A stretch of 64,000 nt of DNA from a bacterium (GTDB lineage Bacteria; UBA8248; JACPRG01; G963555815): the NCBI GenBank assembly GCA_963555815.3, contig CAUVWX020000002.1, positions 96,001 to 160,000 on the forward strand, read 5' to 3'. Each line of letters begins with the position of its first letter. The first letter of the stretch is position 1. Positions 8,288 through 17,318 of the stretch are shown piece by piece. Under the pieces are notes generated by a model. The model saw only the letters and a program-made list of their open reading frames with translations, did no database searches and was not told where the DNA came from. A program made the translations under genes and the position numbers.

Positions 8288-8556
8288 GGGGGAAAAGAGG
8301 CGATTTCAGACTGCAGGCCGTGGGAGGCCGTCCAGCGGACCCCCTTCAGGGGATTGTCCTCAGGGTGTGTGATGTGCTATGCAGATTTCTGTGGGGAGTT
8401 CAAAGGCCTTGAAAATCCTTGGCTCTGCTGGAGATGGGAGGGTCCCCTCCCAGGCTTTCAGGGGTGAGCCGTATGGGATTGGTTTCAATGAACCCTTCTG
8501 AGAACCAACGGTAAAGAATGGGTATGTATCGTAACCCGACGGGCAGGCGCTGAGCG

Positions 8557-9498
8557 ATGAAGGTTTTGGACGAGCGGGGGAGAATCGCGGGTCTCATCAA
8601 CATCTTTGATCTCGTGATCCTTCTGGCCGTCGTCTTTCTTGCCTTTTACTACTGGGTGGAGGTGCCGAGGCTTCTCAATCCTCCGGCCAGAGGCCTCGCG
8701 GCCCCTCCGGCACGCTCGGATGATGAGCAACTTGGGGTGTTGCTGAGGAAACAACCGGGGATTTTGGAGGACATCGTTTTCATCTTTAAAGACATAGACC
8801 CCGAGGTGGCCCCCCTCATCCAGTCGGGAGACCGAGACACCACCCATCCTCAAACACAAGTGGAGATTACGGAGATACTGGGCATTGAGCCGATGCGGGT
8901 CGCTATTAATTTGGGGTCGAGGCAGACGTTGGCCAGTGTCCCCGGGGAGAAGCTCCTGGTCCAGGCGAAGGTGAAGATTGACGGAGTCATGCAGGGGGAG
9001 GACTTTTTTTATAAGGATCAGCCCCTTCTTCATGCGCAGTTCTATAGCTTCGTCACGGATAAATATTCCCTCATTGGGGAACTCCTCCGTCTCGATGACA
9101 CCTTCCTTCAGGGCAGGCTACCCATTAAACGACAGATCGAGGTGGTGGGGGTGTTCGAGGATCTCCCCGAAAACTTCGCCACTCTCATTCAGCCGGGTGA
9201 TAAAGCGGTCTTGACGGTCCGAGGAGGTCAACCCGAAGGCGAGACGACTTTGGTCATTAGAGAGGTCATGCTAGAGCAGGAGTCGCCCGCTGACCCAGGA
9301 TCTAAATACAATGCTCAGATCGTCCTGGAATGCCTTTGCCAACTCGACAACCGCGGCTATTCCTTCAACGAACAGTTCATCCGCGTGGGGGGGGCCTTTA
9401 ATTTCACCACCGAGCTTTATGTTTTCACCATGCGGGTTCATCAGATTGAAGTCCTGGGTATTCCGGGTAGAGATTCCCTCTCATCGCCCAAGCCTTAG
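8557..9498 (+). CDS. DUF4330-like membrane-anchored protein with two internal repeats
   Basis: N-terminal LDERGRIAGLINIFD plus TM; repeats 'FKDIDPEVAPLIQSGD' and 'FEDLPENFATLIQPGD'. Confidence 0.75.
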   Translation: MKVLDERGRIAGLINIFDLVILLAVVFLAFYYWVEVPRLLNPPARGLAAPPARSDDEQLGVLLRKQPGILEDIVFIFKDIDPEVAPLIQSGDRDTTHPQTQVEITEILGIEPMRVAINLGSRQTLASVPGEKLLVQAKVKIDGVMQGEDFFYKDQPLLHAQFYSFVTDKYSLIGELLRLDDTFLQGRLPIKRQIEVVGVFEDLPENFATLIQPGDKAVLTVRGGQPEGETTLVIREVMLEQESPADPGSKYNAQIVLECLCQLDNRGYSFNEQFIRVGGAFNFTTELYVFTMRVHQIEVLGIPGRDSLSSPKP

Positions 9499-9552
9499 GG
9501 GGGCTATCCCGCAGATCCCGATGCCTTTGGTCGTCCATTTTCCGAAGGGCTC

Positions 9553-10581
9553 ATGATCAAGGAAGCCATCAGCCGCGTGGTCGAACGGCAGAACCTCTCT
9601 GCTGAAGAGGCCGAGACCGTGATGAATGGGATCATGGGAGGCGAGTGCACCCCGGCCCAGGTCGCGGCCTATGTGACGGCTTTACGGATGAAGGGGGAGA
9701 CCATTGAGGAGATCACCGGAAGCGCCCGGGCCATGCGGGCGAAGGCGACCCCCATTCGCTCCCGTCACCGGGTGCTGGTAGACACGGCGGGCACAGGGGG
9801 AGATGGCTCTCGGACCTTCAACATCTCAACCACGGCAGCCTTGGTGGCAGCGGGGGCCGGGGTTCCGGTGGCCAAACACGGAGGGCGAGGGGTTTCCAGC
9901 GGGTTCGGGAGCGCGGACCTGATGGCGGCCCTGGGCATCGACATTGAGGCCTCCCCGGAACAGGTGAGCGCCTGCCTCGACGAGGTGGGGATCGCCTTCC
10001 TCTTTGCTCCCCTCCTCCATGGGGCCATGAAGTACGCCGTCGGCCCCCGACGAGAGATGGGGATCCGGACCGTCTTTAATATCATGGGGCCCATTACGAA
10101 CCCCGCGGGCGCCCATTGCCAGGTCATCGGCGTCTACGATGGGGCGCTGACGGAGACCTTGGCCCGCGTCCTGGCCAACCTCGGCTCTCGGCGTGCCTTC
10201 GTTGTCCACGGTTCAGACGGCCTGGACGAGGTCACCCTGAGCGGCCCCACGCGAGTTTCGGAGCTTCGAGAGGGGGAGGTTCGAACGTACGACGTCACGC
10301 CCGAGGATTTTGGGTTGAAGAGGGGATCCATCGAGGCGTGCCGGGTGACGTCCCAGGAGGACAACGTCCAGATGACCCTCATGGTCCTCAACGGCCGCAC
10401 GGGCCCTCCCAGAGACATCGTCCTCATGAACGCTGCGGTCGCCATCTACGTGGGCGAGGGGGAGGAAAGCTTGCCGAAAGCCCTCTTGGCCGCCAAGAAC
10501 TCCATCGATTCCGGAAGCGCCCTGCGAAAGCTCCAAGCCATTCGGGAGTTTTCCAACCGGTCCGTCTCCTCTCGGGAATAG
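9553..10581 (+). CDS. trpD: Anthranilate phosphoribosyltransferase
   Basis: GTGGDG, FNIST, KHG.R, RTVFN, DGLDE. Confidence 0.96.
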   Translation: MIKEAISRVVERQNLSAEEAETVMNGIMGGECTPAQVAAYVTALRMKGETIEEITGSARAMRAKATPIRSRHRVLVDTAGTGGDGSRTFNISTTAALVAAGAGVPVAKHGGRGVSSGFGSADLMAALGIDIEASPEQVSACLDEVGIAFLFAPLLHGAMKYAVGPRREMGIRTVFNIMGPITNPAGAHCQVIGVYDGALTETLARVLANLGSRRAFVVHGSDGLDEVTLSGPTRVSELREGEVRTYDVTPEDFGLKRGSIEACRVTSQEDNVQMTLMVLNGRTGPPRDIVLMNAAVAIYVGEGEESLPKALLAAKNSIDSGSALRKLQAIREFSNRSVSSRE

Positions 10582-10585
10582 GTCC

Positions 10586-11386
10586 GTGGGAATACCCAAA
10601 ACGAGCGGTATCCTGGGGGAGATCCTGGAGAGTGTGCGGGGGGCACTTCAGGTTGAGAGCTCCAAGATCCCCCTCGATGAGCTTCGCTCTCTCGCTCGGG
10701 ACGCCTCACCCCCCAGGGATTTTCAGGCTGCGCTCACCAGGGGAGAACCTCCTCGCATTATCGCTGAGACCAAGGGGGCCTCGCCCTCGGCCGGCACTCT
10801 GGCGAAAGCCTATGAACCCGTTCCCCTGGCCCAAGCCTATCAGGAAGGTGGGGCCGTCGCTCTCTCGGTCCTGACGGAGCCCAAATATTTTCGTGGGGCC
10901 CTCAGTCATCTCTCCGCCGTCCGGGAAGCCACCGGTCTTCCCGTCCTCCGAAAAGATTTTCTGGTCGACCCCTATCAGCTTTACCAGGCCCGGGCCGCTG
11001 GGGCCGACGCCGTTCTCTTGATTGTCCGCTGCCTCGAAGATGGGCCCCTGCAGGAGTTTTTGGGGCTGGCAGAGGATCTGGGGATGTCCGCCCTGGTCGA
11101 GGCCTACGATGAGGGTGAAGTGGACCGAGCGGTCTCGGCGGGGGCCCGCATCATCGGCATCAATCAGCGGGACCTAAAAACCTTTGAGACGGACCCAATC
11201 TCCTCTCTAAAACTTTCGGCGCGCCTTCCTCCTTCCTGTATCGGTGTGGCCGAGAGCGGGATTAAGACGCGGAACGATATCAAGAGGCTCATGGCCGGCG
11301 GGTTCGAATGCTTTCTTGTGGGGGAGACTCTGATCCGGTCGAGAGACCCGGCCCGGAAGATCCGCGAACTTCGTGGGGCGGGCTAA
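10586..11386 (+). CDS. trpC: Indole-3-glycerol-phosphate synthase
   Basis: IAE.K.ASPS.G, SVLTEPKYF.G, LRKDF, GADAVLLI, AESGI. Confidence 0.95.
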   Translation: MGIPKTSGILGEILESVRGALQVESSKIPLDELRSLARDASPPRDFQAALTRGEPPRIIAETKGASPSAGTLAKAYEPVPLAQAYQEGGAVALSVLTEPKYFRGALSHLSAVREATGLPVLRKDFLVDPYQLYQARAAGADAVLLIVRCLEDGPLQEFLGLAEDLGMSALVEAYDEGEVDRAVSAGARIIGINQRDLKTFETDPISSLKLSARLPPSCIGVAESGIKTRNDIKRLMAGGFECFLVGETLIRSRDPARKIRELRGAG

Positions 11387-11402
11387 ATGCTTAGAGATCA
11401 GG

Positions 11403-11427
11403 GCTCCAGTGGGGGACTGGAGCTTTT
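11403..11427 (+). terminator. Rho-independent terminator after trpC
   Basis: GCTCCAGT-5 nt loop-ACTGGAGC followed by TTTT. Confidence 0.75.
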
Positions 11428-11609
11428 GTGCCGAGGAGGTTTCACTCGACACGAGAGCAGAGGGGCTGAATCCTTTTGAACGGGATGGGGGTCCAACAAA
11501 TAGGGCAGTTATCCAGCTTGAGGAATAATTTGCAAAAAAGATGGGTAATCTATAAGAGAGTGAGAGTAATAGATGGGTTGGTTTTTGAGGAAAGTTTGAG
11601 GAAAGAAGG

Positions 11610-12149
11610 ATGAGGCGGAAAAGTTTTGTCCTTATTGGGTTTCTTTTGATCCTCACGGGTGTGGCTTCGGCCCAGACCTACAAAACCTATAGTCCGCAAA
11701 TTCAGGTGCGGGCCACGCGGCCAGGAGCGCCCTCCATCGTCACCTTTCAAGCGCCCGAGCGAATCATCCCCAGCCACCATTTGCCGGTCTATGTGGCGGC
11801 GAAGGCGGGAGACAGTGACCTCAAGGACATCGTGTGGAATTTTTACTGCTGTGGCTCCCAGTACGAAGGTGGGGCCTACCATGTCAAGGAAGGGGAAGGG
11901 GAGGATCTGGACGGAAAGTTTTTCATTAATACGCTCTCTGTCCTCAACTACGGCAGTCCCTTCCGCGCCGCATGGTTAGTCCTTCATCTGAGCGTCTGGG
12001 CTGTGGACCAAGAGGGCAGGTCGAGCGAAAAGATATTTTTTGATGTCACACTGGACCCCACGGCCCCGGATACCTTTCCACCCCCCGAGGACGGTCGCAC
12101 CTATGCGAAAGATTTTGGAGACATCAAAGGGCACATCTTTTTCCCCTAG
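11610..12149 (+). CDS. Secreted hypothetical protein
   Basis: Signal peptide MRRKSFVLIGFLLILTGVASA; no family recognised. Confidence 0.7.
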   Translation: MRRKSFVLIGFLLILTGVASAQTYKTYSPQIQVRATRPGAPSIVTFQAPERIIPSHHLPVYVAAKAGDSDLKDIVWNFYCCGSQYEGGAYHVKEGEGEDLDGKFFINTLSVLNYGSPFRAAWLVLHLSVWAVDQEGRSSEKIFFDVTLDPTAPDTFPPPEDGRTYAKDFGDIKGHIFFP

Positions 12150-12262
12150 GCGCCGGGGGGCATTCAGCCCTAGGGCGCGCCGCCAGTCCAAGACAACAGG
12201 GTTTTTCATTTCGGCGAACCTTTGAGGCAAGGATCCCTCTTCTCTAGGGTAAGAAAGACGAT

Positions 12263-13213
12263 TTGAGCTACGTCTTCGGTCCTGTTCCATCGAGGCGGCT
12301 CGGCCTCTCTCTGGGCGTGGACCCCCTCCCTTATAAAACCTGCAACCTGGACTGCGTCTATTGTGAGCTTGGGCGGACCCAACGCCTCACAGCCCAGCGG
12401 AAGGTGTATATCCCCGTGGACGCGGTCCTGGCCGATGTCCGGGAGGCCCTGAAGACCTGTGCCCGGGTTGACTACATCACCGTGACGGGGTCCGGAGAGC
12501 CGACCCTTCACTCGGGCCTTGGGGCCATCCTGCGGGGGATCAAGGCCATGACGGAGATCCCCCTTGCCGTCATCACCCACAGCAGCCTTCTCCACCTCCC
12601 GGAGGTCAGGGCCGATCTTGCCGCCGCCGACCTCCTCATCCCGAGCCTGGACGCGGTCTCTCCAAAAATCTTCCGTCGTCTCAACCACCCGCACAGTTCT
12701 GTTTCCCCCGAACGGATGGTGGAGGGGCTCGTCGCCCTTCGGGAGGAGTACTCGAGACCCATCTGGTTGGAGATTCTCATCGTCAAGGGTCTGAACGACG
12801 GGCCCGAGGAGGTGGGGCGCCTGCGCGAGGCCGTGAGGCGCATCCGGCCCGATCGCGTGCAACTCAATACGGTGGCCCGCCCGCCCGCCTACCCTTTTGC
12901 CGAGCCTCTTAGCCGAGAGACCCTGGAGGCCCTGAAGGAGTCCTTTGGAGAGGGGGCGGAGGTGATTGCCGAATTTCCCTCCCAGGTCCAGCCAGAGGCC
13001 CCTTCGGACCCTGAAAGGGCCATTCGGACCTATCTGGAACGACGGCCCGCGACCCTCTTTGACCTCATCTCGGCCCTGGGCCTAAAGGCCGAGACCGCTG
13101 AGGGGCATCTGAGGGCCCTTGTGGAGGAGGGTGAGGTGGAGCAGATGGGGGCGGCCGATTCTACGTTTTATTCCACTTACTACCGGTTCCGCCGCCAGAA
13201 GGTTCGGACGTAA
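12263..13213 (+). CDS. Radical SAM Fe-S oxidoreductase (COG0731-like) with C-terminal HTH-like tail
   Basis: FGPVPSRRLG.SLG, CNLDCVYC, GSGEPTL. Confidence 0.9.
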   Translation: MSYVFGPVPSRRLGLSLGVDPLPYKTCNLDCVYCELGRTQRLTAQRKVYIPVDAVLADVREALKTCARVDYITVTGSGEPTLHSGLGAILRGIKAMTEIPLAVITHSSLLHLPEVRADLAAADLLIPSLDAVSPKIFRRLNHPHSSVSPERMVEGLVALREEYSRPIWLEILIVKGLNDGPEEVGRLREAVRRIRPDRVQLNTVARPPAYPFAEPLSRETLEALKESFGEGAEVIAEFPSQVQPEAPSDPERAIRTYLERRPATLFDLISALGLKAETAEGHLRALVEEGEVEQMGAADSTFYSTYYRFRRQKVRT

Positions 13214-13292
13214 GGGGCGCCCTCGCCCCATCGCCTTCCCCTCAGTGCCGAAAATCTCCAAAAAACCTCTTCTCGACCGACCACCACCCGTT

Positions 13293-14423
13293 TCAGCCCT
13301 CCTGATAAGGGTGAACCCTGCCCTCAAAATTTCTGAAGACCGTTCGGGGGCCTTCCTGGCTTTGTCGGTATTCGGGTACGAGGGGGATCTTGCCGCCCCC
13401 CCTGGTCAGGTCCACGACGAAGCTCGGGACCGCATAGCCCGAAGTGTGGCCGATCAGGTTCTCCATGAGGGACAACCCGGTGGAAAGGGGGGTTCGAAAA
13501 TGGGCCGTCCCCTCCACCTGGTCACACTGAAAGAGGTAGTAGGGCCGGACTCGGATCTGAAGGAGTTTCTGCATGAGGGCCGTCATGGTCTTGGGGTCAT
13601 CGTTGATGCCGGCCAGGAGGACGGTCTGGCTTCCGAGGGGGAAGCCGCAGTCGGCCAGGCGCTGGCACGCCCTTTCCACCTCCGGCGTGACCTCCTTGGG
13701 GTGGATGAAGTGAAGGCTGAAGTAGAGGGGCTGCAACCTTCGAAGCCCCCGAAGGAGCCTCGGCGTCACTCGCTGGGGGAGGGTGATGGGGACGCGGGTT
13801 CCGATCCGCAGGATCTCCACGTGGGGGATGGCCCGAAGGCGCGAAACGAGCCCGATGAGCCGCTCATCGCTTAGCGTGAGGGGGTCTCCCCCGGAGATGA
13901 GGACATCCCGGACCTCGGGTCTCCCCTCCAGGTAGGCGATCCCCTCCTCCCACTGGGCGTTCGTCACGGCGTGCCTTGAGTCCCCGACAAGGCGGCGGCG
14001 GTTGCAATACCGACAGTACATGGAGCACACGTTGGAGGCCAGGAAGAGGGCGCGGTCAGGATAGCGATGGATGATGGCCGGGACCGGGGAGTGGGCCTCC
14101 TCATCCAGTGGGTCGGGAGAGTCGATAACCGCCGGGTAGGATTCCTCGATCCGGGGCATGGCCTGGCGCCGAAGAGGACAGTTCGGGTCCTCGGGGTCCA
14201 TGAGGCTGGCGAAGTAGGGGGTAATGCCGAAGGCGAAATTTTTAGCGGCATATCGGGCGCCCTTCTCCTCTTCGGGCGATAGTCGAAAGTACCGCTTTAG
14301 GTCTTCCAAGCAGATGAGTCGATGGGACATCTGCCAGCGCCAATCGTCCCACTGGCGACGGGTTGCCCCAAAGCGCCGCCAGGGACGCTCGACTGAAGCC
14401 CATCGGGGATTTGTCCTGTCCAT
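13293..14423 (-). CDS. kamA: KamA-family radical SAM aminomutase (lysine 2,3-aminomutase-like)
   Basis: HRYPDR, CSMYCRYC, SGGDPL, GGGKIP (PLP lysine). Confidence 0.9.
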   Translation of the reverse strand: MDRTNPRWASVERPWRRFGATRRQWDDWRWQMSHRLICLEDLKRYFRLSPEEEKGARYAAKNFAFGITPYFASLMDPEDPNCPLRRQAMPRIEESYPAVIDSPDPLDEEAHSPVPAIIHRYPDRALFLASNVCSMYCRYCNRRRLVGDSRHAVTNAQWEEGIAYLEGRPEVRDVLISGGDPLTLSDERLIGLVSRLRAIPHVEILRIGTRVPITLPQRVTPRLLRGLRRLQPLYFSLHFIHPKEVTPEVERACQRLADCGFPLGSQTVLLAGINDDPKTMTALMQKLLQIRVRPYYLFQCDQVEGTAHFRTPLSTGLSLMENLIGHTSGYAVPSFVVDLTRGGGKIPLVPEYRQSQEGPRTVFRNFEGRVHPYQEG

Positions 14424-14497
14424 CGTGTCCTCCTTGAGGTTCAGAGTTTTCTCCCGTCAAAAGAGTGTGGATCGAGTTCCGCTCCCTTTGGCGTCCC

Positions 14498-15145
14498 TCA
14501 GAGGAGGTTTCCTTCTCCCTGCAGGGCGATGAGGAAGGGGTTCGTGGCCCGCTCCTGGCGGATGCTGGTGGCCGGCCCGTGGCCGGGGTACACGAGGAGG
14601 GCATCGTCCAGGGGAAGGATCTTCGTGCAAAGGGTCTCGGCGAGTTGACGAGGATCCGCCCCCGGGATGTCGGTCCTTCCGACGGACCCGGCGAAGAGCA
14701 CATCCCCGCCGATGAGCCGGTCCGAAAACAGATAACCCAGACTGCCGGGGCTATGACCGGGCAGGTGGATGGCCCGAAAGGAGATCCGCCCCAGGCTGAA
14801 CTCGTCCCCTTCCCGAGGGTGGTGAGTCACCCGGGGAGGCTCGACACCCTCGATGCCAAAGGCGGCGGCCTGCTCGGAGAGACCCTCCAGGAGAAAGAGG
14901 TCATCCTCGTGGAGGTAGAAGTCGACTCCCGTCTCCTGCTGGATCCTCGCCACCGCGCCCACATGGTCGAAATGGCCGTGGGTGTTCAGGATGCGGACCA
15001 GAGTCAGGCCGTGGTCCGCAAGGCGGCCGAGGATCCGCTCCGGCTCGTCGCCCGGGTCGAAGAGGATGGCCTGACGCGTCTCTTCATCCCCCAGGAGGTA
15101 GCAGTTCTCCAGGATGGGGCCGACTGTCAACATCTCTAGGAGCAT
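14498..15145 (-). CDS. MBL-fold metallo-hydrolase (glyoxalase II-like)
   Basis: THGHFDH, PGHSPG, GDVLF, YPGHG. Confidence 0.92.
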   Translation of the reverse strand: MLLEMLTVGPILENCYLLGDEETRQAILFDPGDEPERILGRLADHGLTLVRILNTHGHFDHVGAVARIQQETGVDFYLHEDDLFLLEGLSEQAAAFGIEGVEPPRVTHHPREGDEFSLGRISFRAIHLPGHSPGSLGYLFSDRLIGGDVLFAGSVGRTDIPGADPRQLAETLCTKILPLDDALLVYPGHGPATSIRQERATNPFLIALQGEGNLL

Positions 15146-15484
15146 GGGAGAAGACCCGTGGTGTTCAATGCTGGGGAAGGATTGCGCTGACCTTCTATCC
15201 TATTGTTCAAGCGTCTGTCAACTCATATTTCTTGTCCGGATTCCTTTGATTAGACCGGAAATCCCGGGTTCGACATTTCTCTTGCCCGGCTTGCGGAGAG
15301 GCGATATGCTGACAAGACTTGGTCAGGTGATGTTCTTTTTCGGGAGAAGGACAAGAGGCTTATTTCTGTCCCCCGGTGGAGAACGACGGTTGGGAGAAAC
15401 GGGCGGCATTGTGGGGAGGAGTTTTCGGACTCTAACTTGCCAGGAAGGGTGCCCTGTTTCTCCGGTCGAAGGGAGGGTTTGGCC

Positions 15485-15751
15485 ATGCAAATGGGTCAGG
15501 AAGGTGGTTTGGAGTTTTCAACGAGTAAGGGGAATGACGTCAGTGAGCTTCACTCCGAGAAACGGGACAAAGCCTTCCACCATCTGGTGGAAGAATTGGA
15601 CGCCCTCTGCCGAAGGCATATTGTCAGGTCTGACTTATTGAAAACCATCGATCTCCTCTCGGCCTTGAACCTGGTGTCAGAGCAGATGCGCGTTAATCTA
15701 GTGGCTGACACCCTGAGACGGACACTGAGCTCCGTGAAGATTGAGATCTGA
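15485..15751 (+). CDS. Small hypothetical helical protein (88 aa)
   Basis: GGAGG RBS before ATG 15485; amphipathic helical composition. Confidence 0.55.
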   Translation: MQMGQEGGLEFSTSKGNDVSELHSEKRDKAFHHLVEELDALCRRHIVRSDLLKTIDLLSALNLVSEQMRVNLVADTLRRTLSSVKIEI

Positions 15752-15981
15752 AAGTCGGACAGCCGATCCCCCTTGCATCTGAAAAGGGGTGAAAAATTGT
15801 GTTTTTGGGCTCTAAAAAGTCTTTGTCCATAGGCTGAAGAACGGCTCCTCCAATCCCCGCGGGCCAGGTTTTGGAGCATCACCCCCACCGCGAGAGACCT
15901 CCCTCATCGCCTCCCTGGTAGCCCAGAAGGGTTTTCCGGTATACTCGCAAGGGCTTATAAAACCTTTCTGGTGACATTTCC

Positions 15982-17223
15982 TTGGAGGGGGTTCCCTTTT
16001 TGACAGACTACCCGAAGCTTCGTCCCGTTGAGGCCTTTCCCGCTGACCAAAATGGCCAGCAGGTCCTCTGCCTTCGAGACCCCCTGAACTACGCCGAGAG
16101 CATCCTGTTTGTCCCGATGGACCTGATCCCCATCCTGGGTCTCCTGGACGGCTCCCGGGACCTGAAAGACATTCAGGCCGATCTTGGGAGGGAGACGGGC
16201 GAGGGGGTTCCCTCGGGCCAAATTCAAGAGATCATCAACCTTCTGGAAGAGCACTTTTTCCTCGAGGGAGATCGTATTCAGGCGCGCCGGGCGGAGCTTG
16301 AGGGAAGCTTTCTCGCCTCCCGCCTTCGGGCCCCCTTCCTGGCGGGGCGGGGATATGCCAGCGATCCGGCGCAGCTCTCGACTGCCATCGACGGCTTTTT
16401 CTCCCACCCTGACGGTCCGGAGCCTCTTGAAAGTCCTGGGGTGGGCCCTCCTGTCAAAGGGGTCCTGGCCCCTCACATCGATTTTATGAGGGGGGGGCCT
16501 GTTTTTGCTCATGCCTACAAAGCCTTGGCCCAGGGTGGGGATCCGGAGGTCTGCGTCGTCCTTGGGACCGCCCATGCAGGGGCCGATGGCCTCTACGCCT
16601 TGACGCGGAAGGATTTCGACACCCCGCTTGGCCCCCTTCGGACAGACCAGGACTTCATCGATGACCTGATAGCGGAGGCGGGCGAAGATTATTTCGCTGA
16701 TGAGCTCTCCCACCGGGCCGAGCACTCGGTGGAGCTTCAGGCGGTTTTCCTAAAGCATGTCTTTGGAAGAAGGGGCCCTGTTCGCTTGGTTCCCATCCTC
16801 TGCGGGTCCTTTCATGAATTTATCCTTTCTGGGGTCTCCCCTCAGAAGGATGAGCGGGTCGCTAAATTCCTTCGGGGGCTGCGAAGAGCGTCCGAGTCCC
16901 GGCCTGGACGGGTCTCTTTTATCGCCAGTGCCGATCTGGCCCACGTGGGGCCCCGCTTCGGGGATCGCTCCCCGCTCTCCCAGGATGGACTGGACTCTGT
17001 CGGTGCGGCCGACCGGGCCATGCTCGCCCACGTGGAGGCCTTGGACGCCGAGGGGTTTTTTGGGTCTGTGCAGGCGGAGGGGGACCAGCGGCGGGTGTGC
17101 GGGCTTTCCCCTCTCTACACCCTCCTTCATGTCGTGGGAGCAAGGGAAGGAAGACTTCTAAAATATGCCCAGTGGCCGGACCCCCAGGGGACCGTGACCT
17201 TTGCCAGCATGGTCTTCTCTTAA
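15982..17223 (+). CDS. amrB: AmmeMemoRadiSam system protein B (MEMO1 family) with N-terminal extension
   Basis: APHID, LGTAH, EHSVELQ, SADLAH, VCG. Confidence 0.88.
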   Translation: MEGVPFLTDYPKLRPVEAFPADQNGQQVLCLRDPLNYAESILFVPMDLIPILGLLDGSRDLKDIQADLGRETGEGVPSGQIQEIINLLEEHFFLEGDRIQARRAELEGSFLASRLRAPFLAGRGYASDPAQLSTAIDGFFSHPDGPEPLESPGVGPPVKGVLAPHIDFMRGGPVFAHAYKALAQGGDPEVCVVLGTAHAGADGLYALTRKDFDTPLGPLRTDQDFIDDLIAEAGEDYFADELSHRAEHSVELQAVFLKHVFGRRGPVRLVPILCGSFHEFILSGVSPQKDERVAKFLRGLRRASESRPGRVSFIASADLAHVGPRFGDRSPLSQDGLDSVGAADRAMLAHVEALDAEGFFGSVQAEGDQRRVCGLSPLYTLLHVVGAREGRLLKYAQWPDPQGTVTFASMVFS

Positions 17224-17318
17224 GGATTATGTGACGTGACACCTGGGTTATAAATAATTGAAATAGAAATCATAAGGAGACAACCTTTAGAGGGAAATGA
17301 AAGCGGCTTGGGTTTTTT

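Noticed and set aside
9553..10581. TrpD KHGGR in place of KHGNR suggesting inactivity
   Set aside because: The variant occurs in other TrpD proteins and the remaining motifs are intact
11584..11605. TTTGAGGAAAG tandem repeat as a CRISPR or iteron
   Set aside because: Only two adjacent copies, no spacers, no cas or rep gene
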